Part shown: positions 1 to 11,836 of the stretch, piece by piece | Layout of the letters: every line of letters begins with the position of its first letter | Numbering within the stretch: the stretch's first letter is position 1 | Assembly: GCF_006345805.1 (NCBI RefSeq) | Contig: NC_043000.1 | Location: 35,216,001-35,280,000 of the forward strand | Source: Octopus sinensis | Taxonomy: Eukaryota | DNA: 64,000 nucleotides | Reading direction: 5' to 3' | Made by a program: the position numbers and the translations under genes | The notes under the pieces: generated by a model | Database searches by the model: none | What the model saw: the letters and a program-made list of their open reading frames with translations, nothing else | Told to the model about the DNA's origin: nothing

Positions 1-40
1 ATATATATATATATATATTATATATATATATATGCATATA

Positions 41-270
41 TCATCATCATCGTTTAACGTCTGCTTTCCATGCTAGCATGGGTTGGACGATTTGACTGAA
101 GACTGGCAAACCAGATGGCTTTACCAGACTCCAATCTGATCTGGCAGAGTTTCTACAGCTGGATGCCCTTCCTAACGCCAACCACTCCGAGAGTGTAGTA
201 GGTGCTTTTACATGCCACCGGCACGAGGGCCAGTCAGGTGCTACTGGCAACGGCCATACTCAAATGCTGT
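41..270 (-). mobile_element. SINE family A copy (octopus-type SINE with a (GAT)n tail)
   Basis: catcatcatcgtttaacgtc...ccatgctagcatgggttggacg...ctacagctggatgcccttcctaacgccaaccactcc. The same block recurs many times in the window. Confidence 0.85.
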
Positions 271-379
271 TTTTTTTATGTACCTATATTATATATATTA
301 TATATTATAAAATATATATATATATATTATATATTATATATATGTTATATATATTATATATGTGCATGCATGTGTAAGT

Positions 380-560
380 AGCTCTTTCTCTATCTTTTTA
401 CATGTTTCATACATTGGACTGTGGCCATGCTGGGGCAATACCTTCAAGAGTTGAGTTCAACAAATTGACCCAGTACTTATTTTAAAGCCTGCTGCTTATC
501 TTATTCCTCTTTTTTGCTGAAAATAAACCAACAGCATTTGTAAAGTTGTGGTGAAGGACA
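380..560 (-). mobile_element. SINE family D copy (decayed)
   Basis: Shares 'gactgtggccatgctgg...ttgacccagtacttatt...cttttttgctgaa' with the copies at about 36.4, 50.3, 50.6, 60.8 and 61.1 kb. Confidence 0.7.
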
Positions 561-1156
561 AATGCATGCACAAAGTCATGTCACATCACACACACACACA
601 CACACAGTATGGACTTCATTTAGTTTCTGTCCACCAAATCCACACACAATGTTTTTGTAGGCCTGTGGCTATAGTGGTGCCATGGAGTGGGACTGAACTT
701 GGAACCGTGTGGTTGGGAAATAAAATGAGCTAAGAGATGCAACTCAGAGTGGCCAATGTTATGTATGACATACAAGATAAATTAACTCTACTTCCAGACT
801 TATTAATTAGTAATTGGTAGAAACTCTAAATGAGAAGGGAGATAATCTCAAGAATCAGTGTGTGTGTGTGTGTGTGTGTGCTTATGTAGATCATTGTCAT
901 CATCATTGGTTCTTAACTTTTCTTTGTTTGAATGAGTCAGATGAAATTGGTTCAGATAGGTTTTACTGTGGCCAAACGTCCACTCAGTTGCTAATCTTCA
1001 CTTATTTCCAAGCAAGGTAAATATTTGCTTCTTCCCAGACATGTTATCAGGGAAGATTGAAAGCAATCAACACACCTTGTATAGTTAGTGGCACAGGTTT
1101 TTTACAAGTATCACACACATACACATATAAATATACAATAGGCTTCGACAGAGTTT

Positions 1157-1370
1157 CATCATCATCATCATCAACCTTTGACTTTCATTTTCTACACTGG
1201 CATGGGTTGGGCAGGTTGACAGGAGCTGGTTAGCATAGGGATTGCACCAAGCTCTCACTGTCAGTCTTGGCATGGTTTTTATAGTTCCCTTCCTAAAACC
1301 AACCACATTAGGGAGTGACTGGGTGCTTTTTATATGGCACCAGCACTGCTGATGTCACCATAGTTTCTAT
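1157..1370 (-). mobile_element. SINE family A copy (decayed)
   Basis: (CAT)n tail, then ggcatgggttgg...gcaccaagctc...ccttcctaaaaccaacca. Confidence 0.7.
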
Positions 1371-1584
1371 CAACCAAATCCTCTCATAGTCAACTTCAGA
1401 TTAAAGAAGAAGAAACTTGTCCTAGATGCCAGGCCTTCAGACTGAACCCATGACCTCATGGTTAGAAAGTAAACTTCTTAGCTGAACAACTATGCCACAC
1501 ACACAAACACATAAATATATTTGCACATATGTATAAATACATATGCATATACACACTCTTGTTCGTATTTTAGTATCTCCTCAT

Positions 1585-2045
1585 GAAGGTGGAGGGTTGA
1601 GCAGTTCGGATGTTTGGATTATGATTGTAAGGCCATGAGTTTGATTCCTTGCATCAAAATTGTGTCCTTGAACAAGGCACTTCATTTCATGTTACTGCAG
1701 TTCTCTCAGCTGGCAAAAAATGAGTTGTACCTGTAATTCAAATGGGGAACTACATTAAAGGCATGTGTGCCTGTGGAGTGCTCAGCCATTTGCACAATAA
1801 TTTTGTGACATTGCATGATGGTTGTAAATGAGCATCACCTTTATGCAAGCAGGATCTTTCATTCGGAATGTTCCATGAAAACATGTTTACCCATGGCTAC
1901 AAATTACCCTACTTAGGAACAGATGAGGGTTAATGACTGGAAGAGCTTCCAACTGGAAGGGCATCTGGCCATAGAAAATCTGCTTCAGTAAATTCTGTTT
2001 GATCCATGCAAGAATGGAAAAGTGGATGTTGAAAGCATAATGTTG
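1585..2045 (+). mobile_element. tRNA-derived SINE(s), decayed composite
   Basis: B-box-like atgagtttgattcc, a CORE-like 'gtccttgaacaaggcacttcatttc' block, and a 3' part 'gcatctggccatagaaaatctgc...gaaaagtggatgttg' shared with about 40.5 and 57.2 kb. Confidence 0.6.
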
Positions 2046-2642
2046 ATTTCAAACTTGGGACCAGGAAAAAAAAAAAAAGAATAAAAATTCTGAACATTGT
2101 GTTTTCTTGGTTAATCTGTTGGTCATGCAATATGTCAGCTGTTCATTCAACTTGATCATGTGATACCTAACACCTCTGTAGGGCTCTGTCTCTCTTTCTC
2201 TTTCTTTCTCTTCTCCTCTTCTCTTCCTGTCTCTATGTTTCTCCCTCCCTACTTTCCTCTTTTAAAATACACTACCCCCTGCCCCATACACACACATCAC
2301 AAAAATACATACACATGTTAAGAACTTACACATACACACACATGGAATTTTATATATGTTTACATTTATGTTTATATTTCACACTAAGTGTCGTCTCCAA
2401 AAAGTGTAAACATGCCTTCCCTGAATCTGAAATGAAAAGAAAAGCAAATTTATGAAACCCCCCCCCCCTCCACCATACATGCACATGTACACACATACAC
2501 TTCACATATGTCTAACAAAGCATCTACATTAAGTTGGATATAAGATTGCATTTTGGTAGTGCTACTGCTTTTGTCGTTTATATATATATATATATAAATA
2601 TATATATCTGTATAATTATTAATGACAAAACCAGTAATATGT

Positions 2643-2905
2643 GAAGGTGCATGGCTCAGTGGTTAGAGCATCAAGCTCACAATCACGAGGTAGTGAGTTC
2701 AGTTCCTGGATCAAGGTGTATGTTGTGTTTTTGAGCAAGACACTTTATTTCACGTTGCTCCTGTTCACTCAGTTGTAGTAATGAGTTGCGATGTTACTGG
2801 TGCCAAGCTGTATCGGCCCCTTTTACCTTTCCCTTGGATAACATCAGTGGTGTGGAAAGGGGAGGCTAGTATGCATGGCCGACTGCTGATCTTCCATAAA
2901 CTACC
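2643..2905 (+). mobile_element. tRNA-derived SINE family B
   Basis: A-box TGGCTCAGTGG, B-box GTGAGTTCGAGTT-like, and a CORE-like 'ttgagcaagacactttatttc' block. Near-identical to the copy at 20969. Confidence 0.85.
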
Positions 2906-2959
2906 TTTTTGTAGCCATGAGTAAACATGTTTTCATGGAACATTCCAATTGAAGGATCC

Positions 2960-3323
2960 TGCTTGCATAAAGGTGATGCTCATTTACAACCAATGACAGT
3001 ACCACCTGACTGGCATCTGTGCCAGTGGAACTTTAAAAGCACTATTTGAGCATGGTCATTGCCAGTGCTGCCGGACTGGCTCTTGTGCAAGTGACACATA
3101 AAAAGCACCATTTGAATGTGTACCGCCTGACTGGCCATCATGCCAGTGGCACGTAAATGTACCAACTTCACTCTCGGAGTGGTTGGCGTTAGGAAGGGAA
3201 TCCAGCTGTAGAAACTTTACCAGATCAGATTGGAGCCTGGTGCAGCCTTCTGGTTCACCAGTCCTCAGTCAAGCCGTCCAACCCATGACAGCATGGAAAG
3301 TGGACGTTAAATGGTGACGATGA
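2960..3323 (+). mobile_element. SINE family A copy
   Basis: gtgccagtgg...aaaagcac repeats, ggttggcgttaggaagggaatccagctgtagaaac, and a tail gttaaatggtgacgatgat. Confidence 0.85.
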
Positions 3324-3429
3324 TATACGCACACACACACACACACAAACTCAAGCATGTATATGAAAATTCCTAAATCTGATGAAATGTGTGGCTTCCC
3401 TGTTTCTTGTTAGGTGTTGTTAGTTTGTT

Positions 3430-3950
3430 TCATCTCTAAGCTTCCAATGGGTTTGAAGAGGCATCATTGTGCCACATACTCTACCACTCTACCCATCTCC
3501 TTCAGGTGTTGTATTTGTTTTGCCAGTATTCAGGACTCCCTCTTTTTCTCCTCTGCACTTCCTTGAAGAATGGGGTTTTGGACAACCACAGCATCTTCTT
3601 ACATGGCCATACCACCTCAGCTTTCTTTTTTTCACTTTCATGAGACAGTCTTCATGGAATTGGTGGTGGGGCAGGGTACACATTGTGTTGAACAGTTTTG
3701 TGGACCCGTTCATTTGTGCAACATGGTGCCAGTATAATGGTTATAAGTTCCTCTAGTAATATCACACATCCAGTGCCATTGTTTTTCTCTGCACCTCTAT
3801 CAGAGTTCATGTCATACATATCCACAGAACCATACAGAATACCAGTGGACTTAGCAGTCTGATTTTGTGACTCTGTGATGTTTCTTATATCTTGAAACTG
3901 GCTTCAGTTTTTGTGGTTCCTGTCTGGAATATCTCCACTTAAAGACTGAG
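3430..3950 (-). mobile_element. RTE-clade LINE 3' fragment (decayed RT C-terminus)
   Basis: Minus-strand ORF 3489-3713 contains VKKRKLRWYGHVRR, a hallmark of the RTE C-terminal region. The frame upstream is interrupted. Confidence 0.8.
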
Positions 3951-4483
3951 CTCAACAACAAATATGAACTAGTTTTATGTTATTTTGAATTTCCCCCACA
4001 GTTTTTGTTTGTTTGGTAAATTCTTTCTTTCACCACCATTAAAAATCATCTCCATCATCTTTTGTTTATTATTTCAAATGGTTTAGAGTCTCCTTCATAT
4101 CTGCCAGCTACAGTTCCAGTCACTATTGTTGTGGTCCAGTTATACTGTGTTGGCACCTTCAGTTGTTCCTCATTCATTGGTAATTATATAGCTTCAGAAA
4201 TGTCAAAGAGTTCTGTGATTTCCAAAGTTGTTCTAGTTGTGATTATCCCAATATATTTGAGGTATTGTACACATATATCTTAAGCATTATTATCCCATCA
4301 ATCCTTCTCTTTTCAAAAGCTGTAGATTGATTGAAGGGAATTTAACTGCTATTTCTAACAGTTTGAGAAGCTGTAGTGAGACTTTACCATGGACTCCTTA
4401 TAAACATTTGAAATACATAGAGTATTTATTTCCTCACAGTAATTGAAATCTGTAGTACCAGTTCCAGTAGATTGTAAGGTGTT

Positions 4484-4567
4484 TAATCTAGGTGGGGGAT
4501 AATCTTGGCTGGATGTAGATTATTCTAATCTAGGTGGGGGATAATCTTGGCTGGATGTAGATTATTC
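4484..4567. repeat. Perfect 42-bp tandem duplication (2 copies)
   Basis: taatctaggtgggggataatcttggctggatgtagattattc at 4484-4525 and 4526-4567. Confidence 0.97.
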
Positions 4568-7109
4568 AACTTGTTTTTCTCCAATTTTGTGACTTTCTTC
4601 TGCAAAATTCCTTTTGTTCTTTCAATTATTTTTGTCTTTGAAAGTTCCATGGTTAATGTAATAATCATAAATAACACAAATGGTGTGGTTCTCTTAATTG
4701 CAGTCCTTCCTCCATACAAACAAATTTTAAAAAATCAGTATTTTGAGTTCTTATAATGACCATCCCTCCTAAAAATATCAAAAATCAAACGTTATATTCT
4801 ATTGTGCATACTTGCACCCAAATCTTTCCTTCTTCTCATGATTTTCACTTTTATCTATCATATTTTTTCAGATTAATTATTACTGGATGAATGTTCAGTG
4901 TTTCTTCATGGTTGGTCACCTACAGATTCCTTCCTGTGCCTTTCTATTTCTCTATTTCCTTACAATGTTTCTTAAATATCATTTTAATTTAATCTAATTT
5001 ACCTTATCAATTTCTTTTCCTTCATTATGAAGTGTGTTTTATGGATCTGCAAATATAAATATTTACAAGAATTGTTAAAACAGATATTTCTTATTTGTTT
5101 TATTATAGTGAAGTGTAATTTCTGAATGTCAATTACTTATGTATTACAATGGATTACCTCAGTTTAAATCTTCTGATAAATAAAACTAATCTATTAGGGT
5201 TCCTGGAGACAAAACAGCCAACGTAGAAAGACATGTTTACAAACCTAGGAACACTCTACCACTCATTCTTTACCCTTCATAACTATCAATTTCCAGTTTA
5301 TCCCAACTGCATTCAAAACATTTTGCTACAAACATTCATCTATTTTATACTCCATCTTTTACAAATCTTTTGTACTTAATGGTTTCTTCTTCCAAGTTGT
5401 TGTTGTGATGTCAGTAAATTGAATTTTTGTGAGTTGCCCAAATTTAACTCTGTTCCTAATTGGTTAAGTGACTTTACTCGGTGCCAGGAGGCACCCTGTG
5501 CCAGTGGGAAACACCATAATGCAGTTTCAGACAAGCCATTACAAAAGCTACCATCAGCTCCACCACACCATCACTACGATTTCTCTGTGTTTTTCAATAA
5601 ACAGAGAAATATTGTATTAGACTTTCTCAATATTAATATCATCAATATCGTTCTTGGTGTTAATATCTGCACTAAGATCATCAATAGATCTTACTTGATC
5701 CTGTTCATCAGTCATTGCAGTATCAAATAAATTTTTGCTCTTTTATTTTAAAGGAACCCTTTCTTGCTACCATTGTTATTGTTTCATCTATTTCATACAC
5801 CAGAGGTCACTACTAGTTCTTTGATACAAATTTCCTGTTTTAAAGTGATTTAAATTAAAGTCTTCCATCAGAATCTCATCTTTGCTATTTTTCCAAACAC
5901 CAGCATCAAAATGACAAAATTTTTCTATGTTCTTCATTATAACATTTGAGACAAATGGATTTCAACTGAAACATGGCAACAAAAGGGTGAAGGGAACTTG
6001 TATCTCGTTGCTTTTGCTGTAGTTTAAGGAACCGCTACCACACCATTGCATATTGCTATAGAATGTTTGTCAGTAATGGTTTTGTGCTCTACATTCAGCC
6101 ATTCTATCCCTCATTGACATCTTTGAGATTTGAACACATGTATCTTTTTTTAAATGTACAGAGTGTGATAACCACAAAAAACCTTTGCTGATTCTCTATT
6201 TTCGACCATGTCGAATAGGGAGGGTTTGTCTGCCACACCCTGTACATTGCTGTTGTTGATTCACTGTAGATCAACCACTCTAGTCATGATCATCAGGTTA
6301 TGTGTAGAAAGCTTTGAGTACAGTAACAAATTAAGCCCCTTTTACAGCAGCTGGCCCCTATCTCTAGCAGACTGCATGACTACATAACTGCCACCCCCAC
6401 TCTCCCATTTGCTTGTGGTTTTTCAGTGTGTTGCTTAATAGCAACTCCTCTGGATAGAATGACGTTACCTTTGTGGAGGGTGACTTCTGGGGTGTTGTGA
6501 TGAATCTTGTCATTGTGGAGGTCGATGACTCTTTGGTGTGAAGTATGACATCATGATTGTCGAGGTCGATGTCTCCATGGTGGAGGTTGACTACTTGAAA
6601 TCAGTCATGAGTCTGGAGTCAGAGTCAGTTAATGAGTCTGAAGTCAGAGTCAGTTATAAATTATACAAGTTGTGAAGTCAAAAAGGTATGAGTTAGTATG
6701 TCCATTGGGTCTGTAGTATGGAATGGCTGAAGCAAATTGGACAAATGATTTTGTACCGAGAACTATTGATTGGGAAAGTAACTCGAGTGCTATGAATATT
6801 TAATTTGAATGATTGATTTGTACTGATTGAGAAATTGTCAAGTGTTGAAGAGAGAGGTAATGAGATAACGAAGACAGAGATGAGAGTTAAAAGAAGTTTG
6901 AAAAGAAACAGTATGACTCCATAGAATCATCATCATCATCATCTATTAACATCAGTTTTCCTTGCTGGCATGGGTTAGCATGGAATAAAAACTGAAGTAA
7001 ATTATGCCACGAGATAAGCATAAATAGTTAGGCTAGTGTTTTCTTGGAAAATACAAAAACATGAAAAATATGAAAGAAGGTTGTATTGTTAATACTACTA
7101 CTAATAATA

Positions 7110-7320
7110 ATGATGGTATGGTTTCACATTCTGTCACAAGGCCAGCAATTTCAAGAGAAGGAATAAGTTGATTGCATTGACCTCAGTTTTCAACTGGTCC
7201 TTATTTTATTGCAAAACAAAGTTGACCTTGGCAGCATTTGAACTCAGAACATAAGGATGGATGAAATGCCATGAAGCATTTTGCCCTGCATGCTAACAGT
7301 TCTACTAGCACACAGCCTTG
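7110..7320 (-). mobile_element. tRNA-derived SINE family C (Nin/Deu-like central block)
   Basis: ggccagcaattt...gattgcattgacctcag...caactggtccttatttt...gttgaccttggcagcatttgaactcagaac. Shared with about 30.1, 43.1, 44.3 and 49.2 kb. Confidence 0.8.
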
Positions 7321-8139
7321 GACGTAATAATGATAATAACAATAATAATAATAATAATTACACCATTATAGTTTTATTCCAATCTAATTCTGGCCAATGC
7401 TGACTTTACTAGACCTCCACCTCACCCCAGTCATCATGGAATTTTCTTTTACCTTAGAATATTAGACCTTACATGTTTGTGTGGTGGTGTAACTGACTGT
7501 TGCCTTTGTTGCCATGGTGATGTAAGCAGAACTGAGTGTCTAAGTTGTATTCCTATTTACAAACTGCCACAGAAATTTCCCAAATGTTGTTGCTGGCCCA
7601 GAACGATCAGAGAAACTAACAGACTTAAGCAACTGATGACATGTTTTGCCATTGTTTAATCTTTACTTTGATAATCACAGCTGTGAAAGTGAGAAACAAA
7701 TTAGGAAGGTAGTTTAATTGATATCATTTAGCTACAATAGTGTTTTTAGCCAATTAAGCAATAGAAGTCTGGATTTCTATGCACTTTATTGTCAATTGTA
7801 AATGGATGACTTTTATAAATGATACTTTAACTAAATCAACCTTAAGTCTATAATCTTTCATTAAGACTGTTATCTTCAACTTTCTAATCATTATTATTAA
7901 TTCAACTCTCAATCTTTCTCTTTACACTCGCAAAAACAAATTAAATAAAATTTGCCTTTTAGAAAAAAAATAACATTAGTTGTTAATGCAACTTGCAGAA
8001 ACTTTAAAGTGTTGGGACAAAATACTTTGTGGTATTTCTTTCAGCTCTTTGCATTCAGAGTTCAAATTCCATCTAAATTAACTTTGCACAATTGTTTCAT
8101 TTATTTTCTCGTTACTGGTACATTGTTATTGATAGCTAT

Positions 8140-8900
8140 TGTTTCCTGGGTTCACATGTAGAGAATACTGTCCAAAGCCTTTTGGTAGTCAATCCAAGCC
8201 ATGCTCAGACCCTTCTTCCTTTTTTCCGCAGTTCTTATATTTGTTGATATTTTTCAAGCATTTGAGAGCCCTTCTGCTCTTCTAGGAGCTGGTTATTTCC
8301 AATTGTTTATTTACTTTTGATGAAATTATTACAGTCACTGCTTTATCAGTTGTAGCAAGGCAGGTTATGTAGATTTTTAGAGTTTGTTGTTTCTTTAGTC
8401 TTCTCAATTAAGATTATTTCTTTCTCACTGTGTCAGTCATGTGTTGCTTTGTTAGTATCTCATAAAAATTCTCTGCTAAACCTAAAGCTGTCCCTGTGAA
8501 ATATTTTAACCAAAAGTTTGCAAACTTGTCTAGTCCTGATACCTTTCAGTTATTATTATTATTATTATTTTATTTTTTTTGCAGTATGTGCTTTAGTCCT
8601 TCTGTTGTGGATGTCTTCCATTGTTCAGCTGCTGGGTCTATTGTTTTGAACAAAATTTTGCCTGGTGATTCTACCACTGCATGCACGCTTTCCAAAAATT
8701 CCACTTCCACTGCAATTAATTTCTATTTTATTTTCACCCAATTCATAATAAAATCGCTTGGGGCTGGGGTTAAACTATGTAATTTGTACAAAGAATCACC
8801 ATTTTTATATTAACAGATCTTCATCGTTGACCAAAGTTCTCTAGTTTCAGTAATTATCCATTTTCAGTACATCCTTTTCCATTATCTTATCTTTCTGTAT
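8140..8900 (-). mobile_element. R4/Dong-clade non-LTR retrotransposon RT fragment (pseudogenised)
   Basis: Minus-strand translation gives GLSMAWIDYQKALDS (about 8165-8212) and IYITCLATT (about 8350-8378). These match the R4/Dong RT motifs AWIDYxKAxDS and RPITCL. Frameshifts and stops are present. Confidence 0.75.
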
Positions 8901-9334
8901 CATATTTCTCTCCTCTTTTTTTTTCTTCTGTTGTGTTGTTTTATTATTAAGTATTTAGAGGTTTTCTCTCCTCTGTTTTTTGTCCTGAATATTTCTTATG
9001 ATGATGATGATGATTGCATATTTGGGTTTTCTTATTTCTCTTTGAGTAGATCTGAAGACCCACTCACTTTCTTACTCCACAAATATGGTTTCATTTAACC
9101 TAGTGATACTGATGTTTGGGTTTTATTTTAATTATGTCTGTGATGGTCAGCTTAACAGTTTTTATTGTTGTTGTTGTTCGATCATTGAGTTTTATTTTGG
9201 GGAAATACTATCATTGGTTTATAAGAAGATTTTCTGTTGGCTCTAAGTCTAAAATTATTTCCATCTTGAGATTTTTATGGTCGTGATTTCCACCTTTTGA
9301 GTTTCCTATTTTTGAATCTTTCTCACATTCCCTT

Positions 9335-9369
<35 letters not shown>

Positions 9370-10464
9370 TGTTTCTTGTGCCTGTTTTGGTTGGTCAGTA
9401 TTCCGTAGGTCTTATATTGTTTCAGTTTGTTGCATTTTGTTTTGTTTGACTAAAAATTCTTCAAAGTGGTGCTCCAGCATGGCTGCAGTTCAATGACTGA
9501 AACAAGTAAAAGACCAACATATAGGGAAAGACTATCAGGGTGCTGCAATAGTTGTAGAAAGAAAAGATTAACGGTTTATGATTGAGGGTAATGTCTGATG
9601 AATTAAGTAACCTTGGTAAGAATGGTAAACATGCTGTTGTATGGTAGAGGAATCAAAGAGAAGAAGCTGCTGTGTGTGTGTGTGGTTCTTGCATATTGTC
9701 GAATAATTTTGTTTGGGGAAGTCAGATGGACTTTTTGCTTTATATGTGCTTCTATATTTGTGTCTAGCAATGGTTGCAACCATCTCTAGAAGAACATTAT
9801 TATGGTATTTGACATATGATAGCAAAATTTCTTTTCATAATCACTTACTAATGAAACATCTTAATACTTTCATGAAGTTTTGGAACAAATGTTTTGTAGC
9901 TGAGATAATTAACTATCCAATTAGGGCTCATAACTACTTGAATTTCTGCTTTGAAGAATTGTAGCAAGGAGATGATGAGATGGTACTGGGGTGGGGATGT
10001 TTTTTCTTAAATTACCACTCAGCCGCATGTTGCTGTCTCTTTAAGACCTTGCTACATGAAACACACCTTATTTTTACTAAGAATTATTAAAACATCATTC
10101 TAGTGTTGTCATTTTGTGTGAAGACCAGTTCTTATCTAACTTTTAAGGTCTGCAAAAATCTCTGATTCCCAACATTGATGAGTTTTTACTCTTCCAGTGT
10201 GTCTTCCCTCTCCTTTGAAGTGGTTTGTGATCCTTACCATTTAGATGTCAGTCGTGGAAGGAAACTGAAAACCTCAATGCAATTCTGGACACCAAATAAA
10301 GAAAAACTTGCTTTCTTGGAATCAAGAAATGAAAGGAGACCAAGTAACAAGCAGCATTTCTTCTGACGGAGATTCATGAGAGAAAAGAATAAAGATAATC
10401 TAAACATGAACTGGTACCTGGCATGTGTGCAAGACCACCACTGGATGGCATGTTGGATTGATTC

Positions 10465-10510
10465 TACAAGAGTAATGAATAACCACTTACAAGAGTAATG
10501 AATAATCACT
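10465..10510. repeat. 23-bp tandem duplication
   Basis: tacaagagtaatgaataa(c/t)cact twice. Confidence 0.9.
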
Positions 10511-11635
10511 TAGCTGAAGAGGTTTGATGCCTGCATCATAAATTACAGCAACTTATATGTCCAATGGAACTGTCATTGTTTCCTCAATAAACTTTAAAAT
10601 TCACATCTCCTTCAATGAGGATGGTTGCAGATTAACTAAATTATGTACTTATTTGGTCAGCCCTCAATATATTACAGTTGTTCTAGAACAAGCTTGAAGA
10701 GACAACTCTAAAACAACAGTATTAGCTACAAGTATATGTGTGTAAATGTGTGGGTGTAAACACACACACACATCAGAACCTAAAGCAATGAATTATTACT
10801 TTGTATCAAAAGATTTCTTTCTTTAGCAAAAAAAAAAAAAAAATGAAACAAAGAAAAAATACTTTTCAGAATATTGAAAGAAAAAAATGTAATTTTTTAA
10901 AATCTTCTACTATATTGTTTTAGGATCTGTTTGATTAAAACATGCAATCTCTCTTACTCTCTCTCTCTCTCTCTGCACATACTCATACATACATTTATGC
11001 ATGCATATATATATATATATATATGCACACATACATATAAGTGTTTTCGGTATGACTTTAAACTGCATCTAGTTGTGGGGCCCTGTTTCAGGTGGTGGCC
11101 ATGGTTGGCAGTGCATGTGAAAATGTGACAAACTGCAGCTTTTTAAATACATTTCTTGGTGGTATTCTGGGCTGTTAAGGTGTTTTGAAACTGTCCCCTT
11201 TCTGTTTATAAAAGGGTGTATGTGTGTTACACATCATTCCCATTATGGTGTGCAGTATATGTTTCACATATTATAATCTCTGTGTGTCTGCTTTATTATT
11301 GCTGGAGTCTTGTCATTCATTTGCTGTTGTTTAAATATATCTTTCCTGCTTTTTTGGAATATCACAAAAGTTGCTGCTCCATTTGTAAGACCATTCTTCC
11401 ACTATTTGTTGGTTTGTGGTTATGGTGGTAGTAGTAGTAGTAGTAGTAGGCTCCCTTGATAATTTGTGTTAAATGGTTGAGGGGGTGTGGATAAATCTAC
11501 CTGGTCCTTTCACTTTCCTGTTTACCTGTCAATTAACCTGTTGTCTTCTCTTAATACTCTTATCAACTTTTTGCCATCTCCCACACTAGACATTTTTTTA
11601 CATTAGTCAATTTATGGCTGTGTATAGATAAGGAA

Positions 11636-11836
11636 GTGGTGGTGCTGGTGGTAGTGGTGGTGGGGTGGCAGTGGTGGTACTGGTGGTAGTGGTAGTGGGG
11701 TGGCAGTGGTGGTACTGGTTGTAGTGGTGGTGGGGTGGCAGTGGTGGTACTGGTGGTAGTGGTGGTGGGGTGGCAGTGGTGGTGGGGTGGCAGTGGTGGT
11801 GCTGGTGGTAGTGGTGGTGGGGTGGCAGTGGTGGTT
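11636..11836. repeat. (GGT)n-derived minisatellite
   Basis: Repeated ggtggtggggtggcagtggtggtactggtggtagt units. Confidence 0.9.

Noticed and set aside
4484-4567. Direct repeats that might suggest a CRISPR-like array (also 10465 and 46931)
   Set aside because: Only two adjacent copies with no spacers, in eukaryotic DNA. Ordinary tandem duplications.
3960-5260. Possible further LINE RT remnants (YLKYIGI-like motif on the minus strand)
   Set aside because: Too decayed to assign by eye. Needs a tblastn/HMM search against RT profiles.
6100-6700. Cys/His-containing minus-strand fragments and a GAGTCA-rich local repeat
   Set aside because: No coherent zinc-knuckle spacing or open frame. Probably an old retroelement, but not supportable.
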